A stretch of 64,000 nt of DNA from Amoebidium appalachense (Eukaryota; Protista; Ichthyosporea): assembly GCA_963693365.1 (NCBI GenBank), contig CAVNZM010000013.1, positions 5,756,640 to 5,820,639 of the forward strand, in the 5' to 3' direction. The stretch's first letter is position 1, and every line of letters starts with the position of its first letter. The position numbers and the translations under genes were made by a program. Of this stretch, positions 39,127 to 64,000 are shown piece by piece. The notes under the pieces are model-generated. The model was given only the letters and a program-made list of their open reading frames with translations. It did no database searches and was not told the DNA's origin.

Positions 39127-39473
39127 GGGCCAACCACATCGGCAGAGTCAACTTGCAAAAAGCAGAATTGTTCTGCAGAAGCAGAATTATTATTGTTATG
39201 CAAAAGCAGAATTATTCTGCTAAAAGCAGAGTTATTCTGCAAAGCAGAGTGATTCTGCTTTTAGCAGATTCACTCTGCTTTTAGCGGAATTATCCTGCTT
39301 TCGACACCAGAATAATTCTGATTTTAGCAGATTGATTCTGCTTTTATCAGATTGACTCTGCAAAATAGAATAATTCTGCTTTTGCACACTAATCCTGCTT
39401 TTAGCAGAATATATCTGCCTTTGCTGAGTAAGTCTGCTCGGAGCAAGTTGACTCAGCCGATGTGGTTGGACCC
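39127..39473. mobile_element. MITE with ~30-bp TIRs and an internal palindromic minisatellite
   Basis: GGGCCAACCACATCGGCAGAGTCAACTTGC ... GCAAGTTGACTCAGCCGATGTGGTTGGACCC. The interior is ~20-bp GCAGAATTATTCTGC-type units whose A/T spacer flips mid-element. A further TIR copy GGGTCCAACCACAT lies at 40210-40223. Confidence 0.8.
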
Positions 39474-39754
39474 TAGCAGAATAGAAGGGCCCCCTCATGT
39501 AGTGCTACACACATGCACTCGTGCGCGTATATGCGTACTAGACATACGTGGACATCCATCCACACACAAAAACGCACCTGCATGCAAACACACACAGATT
39601 TCGAATGATGTACGCACACACCCACACACCCGCGCACATGCTCGTGCACGTCTGCATGTCACACGTCTCTTGAGCTCTCTCAACCTTTAAATTTCCCTCG
39701 AGCTCTCACTCTTCTCTCTCTCTCTCTCCCCCCCCCCCCCCCCCCCCCCCCCAA

Positions 39755-39860
<106 letters not shown>

Positions 39861-40114
39861 GGCCCCTCGTTGGAAAGCCAATTAGATCTCCGCCCATTCT
39901 TTATATCGCACGCACGTGATCCCATTGAATTTCGCTATTTTCCAATCTATTCTGCAATTGCATAGTACCCCCAACTTCGAGAACATCCTCCTGGCCATCG
40001 TCCCTCACGTTACCTGCCATATTCGGCTTTAATTTACACCTGTACACACAAACAAACACACGCACACCGTTTGCAGGGGGAAAAAAAGGTGCGTGTGTAC
40101 GTGTGTACAAGTGT

Positions 40115-40168
<54 letters not shown>

Positions 40169-40639
40169 GGGGGGGGATGGGGATCCTCGGGAGGAATACT
40201 AATGGCACAGGGTCCAACCACATGCGCAGAATTACTTACCTTCGAATTCTGATCAGCAGCCACGGGAAAAATATTAATGCGCTGAAAGGGATCGAGGGGG
40301 GGGGGGGGGGGGGGGGCGGGGGAGGGGCATGCATCGAGGGAGGTGTGAAGGTTGGTCTCGCGATCAGAATACAGAATTAACAACGTCCGTGTTTCTTGGG
40401 CTCAGAGTGCATGTGTAGCTCCCATGCCATACGTAGTATGCACGTGCGGCATGTACACATCCAAGTTCAAACTCCACTCATGGGCCTTTACATGGGCCGA
40501 ACTTGTAACTGGATGTTTAAGCGTTCAGACCTTTACTAATGCCATTGCAATTGGGAGGAAGACAGAAAAGTAGCCAGAAACGGGCATATTCTTTGGCTGA
40601 TCCCCCCCCCCCCCCCCCCCCCCCTCCTTCCCCCCCCCC

Positions 40640-40678
<39 letters not shown>

Positions 40679-41090
40679 ACACCCACACCCACACCCACAC
40701 CCACACACACACCGACTACAACAGCAACTGTTGTTACAAACAAAATCACAATGGAATAAATCAACAACAAAAAACAACGATCTCGGGTCCGACACAAAAG
40801 GAATACAAACACCTACACACACTGAGTCAAGCGCATCACACGTCAATCTGTTGTCAAGCTTGTGAGTGTCTAATCAACAATAGGCAACATTAAAAAAGCG
40901 GAGACTAGCCTGGGCCTGACATTCCCTCCCTCCCCGAGGGAGAGGGATGGGGTGTAAGGGGTGTTTTTTTTTTGTTTTTTTTTTTGAGGGGGGGGGGGGG
41001 GGGGAGGAGGGGGGGGCGGGGGTTTACACGAGTTAACTATATCCAGATTTTCAAGTATACACACAGCCAGGGGAGTTTATTATCATCTTA

Positions 41091-42589
41091 TCAGTGGTGG
41101 GGCAACATCTTTTGAGCCGTCTTCTCCTGCACGTGGTTAAGATACAGCGTCTGCCTGCCCTGTCTGATCCTCTTGCCGCTCTTTTTTGTGTTCAAATGCT
41201 CCAACCCTGCCTTCCACCTCTTAATAGCCCCGCTTGGCTTCACCCGCATACGCTTAGCTGCCCCCTTGTGTGTTTTCAACCCGCACCCGCCCCTCACAGA
41301 GAAGGCAAGCGGTGAAAACATAGCGGTGGTGGCGGCAGTGGTGGTAGTGCTTGGGGTAGGTACGCGGTGGTGGGGGGAGGGGAGGTTGCGTGTAGGCCAG
41401 AGTGTGTTTGATGGGCGCAGGTAGGTGATGGGCCGGAAGGAAAAGTTGGGGAGGGTGGCTGGCCGAGAAAGGGTCGAGCGTGTGGTCAGGGCGGAAAAGA
41501 GCCTGGGGGAGGCTGCACCTGTGTGTGCGGTAGGGTGAGGGTGGTGGTCGTGGTGGTGGTGGTGGTGGTGGTGGTGAAAGGGGTGGGAGGGGGGTGGGAG
41601 GGGAAGTGTGTGTGTGTGGTCGCGTGAGGAGGGGGGAGTGAGGGGGTGGGGGGGAAGGAAAGGAGGGAAGAGGGGGGAGGGTAGGCGAGTGTGAGTGTGA
41701 GTGTGTGTGAGTGTGTGTGTGTGTGTGGGGGGGGGGGGATTAGTAGTTGGAAAAGATGTCGATAACTGTAAAATAAGAGAACACTGTGCCCCGTCAAATG
41801 GCATATTCACATACTCACATATTCACACAATCCCATACTCCCAAACACATTCAGCCGCATACATGCCGTTAAACAAATCATGTCTGAACGGAAGGGTGTG
41901 GGGGGAGGGGGGAGGGGGGAGGATGTGTTGCAGAGTGCAAAGTACACACTCGACGGACAACAAATACAGATTGTGCAAATCATACACTAAGAGTATACAT
42001 CATAGGCAGAGCCCATCCTCCGGGTGAGCCCAAGTTATCCACAGTATATAAGTTCGCACCCATCCATCTCGTGTGCAGAACCCAACCCAGATATTGCTTC
42101 ACTTCAACATGGGTGGGTGGGTGGGGGGAGGGAGGGGGGGAAGGGGGGGGGGGGGGGGGGGGTTGGCTCTGTGTGCCTGTGTGCGTGACTGGAACACAAC
42201 AGGCTACATGAAAGCAGTCAAATTATGCATAACGGGCGGACTTGGTGACGTGAGTAAAATACGAGCCGGGTGGGAGGGAGGGAGTGAAGGGGGAAGGGGG
42301 CGAGGTAGTAACAGGTGAACACAAAATTAACTTGAACGGCCCCCATGTTACGAGGTGAGCTAAAAAAAAAAAAAAGCACCATTTGGAGGGAGGGGGGGGG
42401 GGGGGGGCAAAGAGGGTGTGTATAGGTGTATGAAGTTGAAGAGGAAGGACAAGAAGGGAGGGTGAGCCGGACAAAGAGAGAGTGAGAGAGTGAGAGAGAA
42501 AGAGAGAGAGAGAGACAGAGAGAGGGAGAGGCAGGAAATGGAGAGATATGGAGAGAAAGAGAGTGAGGGAGAAAGAGAGAGGGGGTGGG

Positions 42590-42666
<77 letters not shown>

Positions 42667-43309
42667 TGTGTGTGTGTGTGTGTGTGTGTCTGTGAGCAAG
42701 AGGAAGAGGGGGGAGGGGGGGGGACGAAAGGAAGGAAGGAGGGAAGGAGGGAGGGAGGGAGGGGGGGAGAGAGAGGGCTGTACATGTGCATTCACGCACA
42801 AGTACGAACATCCATGTGCGCATGTGTGTCCGTGTGTGTGACGGGTTATGCGTGTGCATGTGCGCTTCTGTGCGTGTGTTTATGAGTGTGGATACATTTG
42901 CAAGCTCCGGGTTAAAGTGCTAAGGTAGCATGACCACACACGGGGGGCAACGGAAAACGAGGTTACACGGGAGAGTTTCAGTGGTGCAAGCATCATGCAG
43001 TGTGTGTGTGTGTGTTTGCGCGCGCGTGTGTGTGTGTGGGTGGGTGTGTGTGTGTGTGTATGTGTGTGTGCTCCAGCTCGTGTGTGTGTGTGTCTATGTG
43101 TTTGTGCGTGTGTGTCCGTACGTGTGTGTACGAATGTGGGTGGCTACGTGTATTTGTGTTTGCCCATTTGTACAGTGCTTGCAAGGATTCGACGAGTGCA
43201 TGTTTCCTCCAATTGGGGTTGCTGCACGCGGGGAGAGGGAAATAGGTGGTGGTCACGAGGCTGGTGTCGCGGTGGTGGTTACAGTGGTGGTGGTGGTGGT
43301 GGCGGTGGT

Positions 43310-43374
<65 letters not shown>

Positions 43375-43585
43375 TGCGTGTGCGCGTGTTTGCGCGTACG
43401 TGCATGCGTGCGTGTCTGAATGACTGACTGAGTGAGTGAGTGAGTGTGTGTGTATGTTGGGGGAGGGGGGGGGGGGGGGGGAGGGGCTTACTCGGTCGCA
43501 TCAGTCCTGTTGCACTTGAAGCGAGCAGGCGTAGCTGGGTGGGCACAAGTCCAGCCCGCTGACCCAAAGACGCCCAGGCAAACAT
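41091..43585 (-). CDS. MRPL35: Mitochondrial ribosomal protein bL35m with N-terminal targeting peptide
   Basis: Exon 43585-43492 (MFAWASLGQRAGLVPTQLRLLASS.., Arg/Ser-rich presequence) is phase-compatible with exon 41518-41091, which ends in the L35 motif LKTHKGAAKRMRV..SG.IKRWKAG..HLNTKKSGKRIRQ. Confidence 0.85.
41923..42118 (-). mobile_element. Old decayed copy of the retroelement family covering most of the structured domain (MRPL35 intron)
   Basis: AAGAGTATACATCATAGGCAGAGCCCATCCTCCGGGTGAGCCCAAGTTATCCACAGTA...AACCCAACCCAGATATTGCTTCACTTCAACATGGGT is collinear with 63839-63967. Confidence 0.7.
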
Positions 43586-44004
43586 TTTTGGAACAAACGT
43601 GCAACAATAGTTGTGCGATGGGCAACTATAACGAGTGTGGTTTGTGTTCGATGAACGAAGAGCGACCCGCACAAGTAAAGAGCGTACCAATCGATGGGCA
43701 CAATGCTGGAGTGTAAGAGCTGTTTAGCTATTCTGTGTTTGAAGTTGGCTGCAAGAGAAACTGAAGTAGCATTACTCAGCCAACAATTGGCAGATGTACC
43801 CTATGTAGTTCCAGTGCGTGTAAACCCTGCGTATACGCAGAGCTCTCGCTCTCTTTTCTCCTCCAGCGCTGGCGCTGGCGGATCATGCATGATCACGGCG
43901 TGCAAGCTAATCGCGATCGCCTGATATCGATCGTGTCCGATTAGACAGACAGACTGTGTGTGTGTGTGTGTGTGTTTGGGGGGGGGGGGGGGGGGAGGGG
44001 GGGG

Positions 44005-44139
44005 TTTTGAATGCGTCAAAAAGTACGAAGTACACAAGAACAAACGGATAACACGATGCAGAATGCAAGCCATACATAAAGAGTATGCATAATAAGCAGA
44101 GCCCATCCTCAGGGGGGCCCACGTCATCCACAGTATCCG
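44005..44139 (-). mobile_element. Subfamily A 3' fragment inserted in a G/C tract
   Basis: Near-identical to 63766-63901. GGGGGAGGGGGGGG on both sides resembles a target-site duplication. Confidence 0.88.
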
Positions 44140-44883
44140 GGGGGAGGGGGGGGGGGGGGAGGGGGAAGGGGGGAGGGAGGGTAAAGGCAAGTACGTACGT
44201 TTTGTGCGCTTTGTAGTGCCTGGGTTCAGATAGAGGGATAAGAATACTGTACGGTCGTCCCCCCCCCCCCCCCCCCCCCCTGTAGATGGACCTCCTTTCG
44301 CCGACGGGTACTGATGCACTTCGGAATCCGCTAAAATCCCTGAATAACACAGCCACCTAAACTCATGTTGCAAAGCACAAAAATGCAAAACAAACCAGAA
44401 ACTAACCAGGTACACACCAAAAACATGCATAATCGTGGTCGAAGCCTCATTAATCTCAGTGTTTCAGTCACACCCTCAGCTGGAACAAATCTCGGGTGTC
44501 AGAGTCCGGAAGCCACATATGCTCAGCTGAAACAACTGGCCCAATGCTAGCTCAACCTTATAATAAGTCTAATATTTGAGCCATTCCCTTAAAACATGCT
44601 TTAGTCAAAAATTTAAATTTGCCAAAGAACGTGCCACACGAGCAAAATACCGTGCAGAGGTGTGTGCCAGTGCATGGCCCAAAAACTCACACACCACGTC
44701 TTGGTATCAAGGCATTTAGTTATGGGCCTCTGCTGGTCCTGGTAACTTAACCACAAACAAAGGGACAATAGCTTATATTTATAAAGGGCAGGGTTGATGG
44801 TAAAAACTACGAAAGCGAGCAAACAAAACGTTTAAAAAGTTTTGCGTCTTGGAGACAGGCTTTCCCTCTAACCTCAACTAAAT

Positions 44884-45900
44884 TCAAGCAAAAACAAGGT
44901 CCCCAAAGCACTGAGGTAGGTGGAAATTAAGCTGGTCTACAGGTGACCAAGAAGCCCAGTGGGGGTGGCTGCTATCGTCAGCACACTTGTAAAAGTTCGC
45001 CTTCCAGGTAGATCCAGAAACTTTACCAAGTGGTCCGACATACTTCTCTAAAAGGGCAAAAGGAATGGTGTACTCCACCCACCATTCCGTTTCCTCCTCC
45101 ACCTCCCTTTCGTTGGGCTGGGATAGGCACGGGGTAATGGTTACCGTTCGGCCGTCTCCTACGGTCAGGCGGTCAAAATCTTTGAACCCCCCATCCATCT
45201 TATTGTGATCGCGTATGTAGAGGCTCGTTAGCGCGCCGCAGGCGTTCATCTCGAAGTTGATGTAGCCCTTATCAGCCTGTTGGAATGAAGTTGTTTACTT
45301 GTCAGAGGTAGCATCTTGTCACAAAAACGAACTCCTGGTCAACTCGACACCAAAAGGAGCAGCAGCAAAATGAGTCTGGCAGGCTCCCCTATGCGGGTCG
45401 GGCATTCACATGCTAACGACCATGGTTTTGGAGATTCTTTGCCAGAAAACCACACAGCCAGGGTAGCAGCTAATTTGACCAGAGGGCATCACTGCCCACA
45501 AGTAACGAGAACCAATCGCCGGTATAAAACCACAACTAGAAAACCACAACTAAAAAGGTCTCAAACTGAAAGCGAGACGTGACAACGAATATGTACACAA
45601 CAAAAATGCACCAGAAGGAAAGCTCCTTGTTCAGGCACGCACCTTTGGTTTTACAAAGAACTCGACTGCGCTATCTGTCCACACCGGGTCGTGGAATTGA
45701 GTGAACCGAGCAAGAAAGAACTTGTCCTTCACGTCAAAGCGTCCATGCAGCCCGGTGTCGGAATAGACCAACCGTGCTTCCGTGTGTGGTTTGTGGCTGC
45801 TCCCCTCTGCGCGGTAGTTATCCACACGTGCACAGGAGTACTTGTTCCATTCCGGGCCTGTGGGCACAGACGAAACATGCTGGACTATGTAGCTCACCAT
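44884..45900 (-). CDS. Carbohydrate-binding family 9-like (DOMON-like, CBM9_2-type) protein
   Basis: Exons 45900-45643 and 45276-44884, phase 0. Motifs DPVWTDSAVEFFVKP, GYINFEMNACG, W.VEYTIPF, WKANFYKCADDSSHPHWASWSP..NFHLPQCFGDL are typical of bacterial CBM9-like proteins. Confidence 0.85.
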
Positions 45901-46288
45901 TGTGCTCAACCAACTGCAGACACTGAGCACTACGTTTTTTTGTTTTGCTTTCGAAGTTTGCCTTCAGTGGGTGCTTCCAGTCAACGAACCAATCAAAATA
46001 TAGATCCCAAAATCTAACCTTATATGGCAGGAGCTTCCAGTAGTCTATTTATAAATCGCGTTTATTGAAACGAAAACACTATGTTTACGTCACGAACTTA
46101 TTAGTCTTGCTTCTGGTCCAACTTCGTGCAAAACGGTTCAGTCTCATCCGTGTTTGAAGGATAGACACCTGAAGCCATTGGAGCATTGGAGCAATTGCTT
46201 GATTTAACGTTCACGGAAGTATTTCTACTGAACTCTAGTGTAGTATAATCTTGTTGGTTTTCCTAGGTTTCACCAGGCACACCCAAGA

Positions 46289-50525
<4,237 letters not shown>

Positions 50526-51110
50526 AGAGGTGTGTGGTGTGAACTGTGTGACGGGATCGTATTTACGTATGCACATGCATGTGTAAGGGTGGAAATCCTT
50601 ACTTTGGATTTTGGAAAGACTTGATTGTGATCGATCGCTGTATATTGATTGGCCGTTTTCCAGCGTCCTATGACTGCAGATCCAATCATAACAGGTGCAA
50701 ATGATGGAACCTGGATTTTTATTGAGCGTTTCTCTATTGATAGCAACATCAAATTATGTGATCTGGGCATAGGCTTGACTTCGATTACGAAGAGCACGGC
50801 TGCTGGCAGCCGATTGTCGAAATGAATGCATCCGTCCCGGTGCATGTTTTTATACCAAAAGAGCCTGCACACAACTGCCTGTGTACATAGGTGCACGTCC
50901 ACGCAAGCGTGTGTTCATGTACATGTGTGCCTGTGCATGCTTCAAGTCCTCATGTGAAACGTGAACACTACAGGAGCTACAGCAGACCGATGAGCCTTCC
51001 ACTGTGTTTCATGTCGTATGCATAGATGCATGTGTGTGCTAATATTGGAGTGCCTTGCAATTGCACTACTTAGCGCAAACCTTTCGCTCATATGCACGAT
51101 GCCGAATAAT

Positions 51111-51255
51111 AGGGGTTTTTCTTAGGTATTCGGGTCGGGTCAGAACCGAATGGGAGATATGCGATATGATTGGCTTGGTGCACCTCAAACAGAATTTTGG
51201 CCCGACCCGAGGACCAAAACGCGGCGACAATAAATCAGCCTAAGAGAAACCTCCT
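51111..51255. mobile_element. Small MITE-like element with nested inverted repeats
   Basis: Outer AGGGGTTTTTCTTAGG / CCTAAGAGAAACCTCCT and inner TCGGGTCGGG / CCCGACCCGA. No clear target-site duplication. Confidence 0.5.
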
Positions 51256-51625
51256 TTATAGTTCTTTGAAGATGTAGCTAACGGTGAACACGCACTTCAA
51301 TCATGATCATGTCTTTACTAGTTACCACACAGGGCATATGGTGTGTATTCATTACGTACATTCATTCGCAAGTATGAAAACGGGCACGTATGTTCACATT
51401 ACGATGGAAATTAACCCCCACGAATAAGCTCCTGCTGGGGTCTATAGCAATACAGAAGAATTGCATCAGAGATACGGCCCGAGATCTATCCAATGGCATA
51501 CACTCCGTAAATCTGCCACAACCAAAAAAAAAAAAAAAAACAAGGAAAAAAAAAAAAACATGGCCAAGTCCTAATGAGCTCAAAAAAGGCACGTGTCCGT
51601 TTCAAAGTTTCAAAGAAAAGAAAGA

Positions 51626-51663
<38 letters not shown>

Positions 51664-51679
51664 ACCCCCCCTCAAAAAA

Positions 51680-51723
<44 letters not shown>

Positions 51724-52001
51724 GTACACGCACACATCATGCAGTGCATCTTGATTTGTGCATATTTTTCACAATTACTCCTTGATGGAAACCGATAACA
51801 GTCTACTACGAGCAACTGCACCAGCACACACAACACATTAATATCGCCCAGGGAGTTAAAAAACCCCTCGAAAAAGGGAAGTCTCCCCCCCTCCCCCCCC
51901 GTCCGGACCCCCCCAAAATCCACACAAATACACAAAACACCAGCCCACCGACCCAAATCCACGCGTGCACACACACACACACACACACACACAAACACGC
52001 C

Positions 52002-63289
<11,288 letters not shown>

Positions 63290-63765
63290 CTAAAAAAAGG
63301 GGGAAAAAAGGTTGGGGGGGAGGGGGAGAGGGGGAGGGGGGAGGGGAGGGGGCAGGGTGGGGAGAGGTGGTGGTGGGATGGAGGGGGAGGGGGAGGTGGT
63401 TTGGGGGGGGGGGAGGGGGGGGGGGACGAGGGGAGGGGAGGGGGAAGGGGGGGGGGGGGGGGGGGGGGGGGGATGGACAAAGCGTCAATGTTTGAAGGAG
63501 AGAACGTCAAGTAAGATGGTGTGTGGGTGATTCGTCGGATCTGCTCGTGAACACTGTCGCAAACACGATATAGAAAGTGGGGAAGGAAAGGGAAAGGGTG
63601 AAAAGATATATTCAGACACAGACGAGCGGGGACATTAGAATGTGTTACACGAGTGCACGGGAAAGACAGGGGCAAAGAAAACTCGGAAAAAAGGGTTCGG
63701 GAGTTCAAGGGGAAGGAGGGGGCCGCTGCCGGGTGTTGGAGGGAGGGGGGGGGGGGAAGGGGGGG

Positions 63766-64000
63766 TTTTGAATGCGTCAAAAAGTACGAAGTACACAAGA
63801 ACAAACGGATAACACGATGCAGAATGCAAGCCATACATAAAGAGTATGCATAATAAGCAGAGCCCATCCTCAGGGGGGGCCCACGTCATCCACAGTACCC
63901 GAGTTTCGACCTATTCCCCTCGTTAACGAAACCCAACTCAGATACTGTTTCACTTGAACATGAGTAGGTCACCCGTCTTGATCAGAGACGAGCAGGGTTG
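63766..64000 (-). mobile_element. Subfamily A copy running off the window end (CRNKL1 intron)
   Basis: Appears identical to the reverse complement of 27678-27912. The 3' end abuts a C-tract. Confidence 0.9.

Noticed and set aside
39150-39420. CRISPR-like array of palindromic repeats
   Set aside because: No unique spacers, no cas genes, eukaryotic context, and it is enclosed by TIRs, so it is a MITE interior.

Overview
Eukaryotic genomic DNA, intron-rich, with introns full of (GT/CA)n, (GA/CT)n and long G/C homopolymers. Most ORF-track entries are microsatellite noise. The gene content (MSL1-like, DDX42, a U12 intron) points to a unicellular holozoan/opisthokont, possibly an ichthyosporean (inference only). 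Genes supported by spliced exons: a BTB/POZ + beta-propeller gene (-, rearranged, frameshifted); DDX42 (-); RRP1/Nop52 (+); an MSL1-like coiled-coil/PEHE protein (+); mitochondrial bL35 (-); a bacterial-type CBM9-like protein (-); prefoldin 4 (+); and crooked neck/CRNKL1 (-, 5' part outside the window, contains an AT-AC U12 intron). The main discovery is a dispersed, 5'-truncated retroelement family with about 15 copies of different ages. Its 3' end abuts poly-C, it looks Penelope-like (Chlamys/Naiad type), and every intronic copy is co-oriented with its host gene. Its 3' region folds into a ~155-nt multi-pseudoknotted RNA supported by covariation. This RNA carries all hammerhead core motifs (CUGANGA, GAAA, NUH) in a strand order that matches none of hammerhead types I-III, making it a candidate new ribozyme topology. 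Two MITE-like elements are also present.
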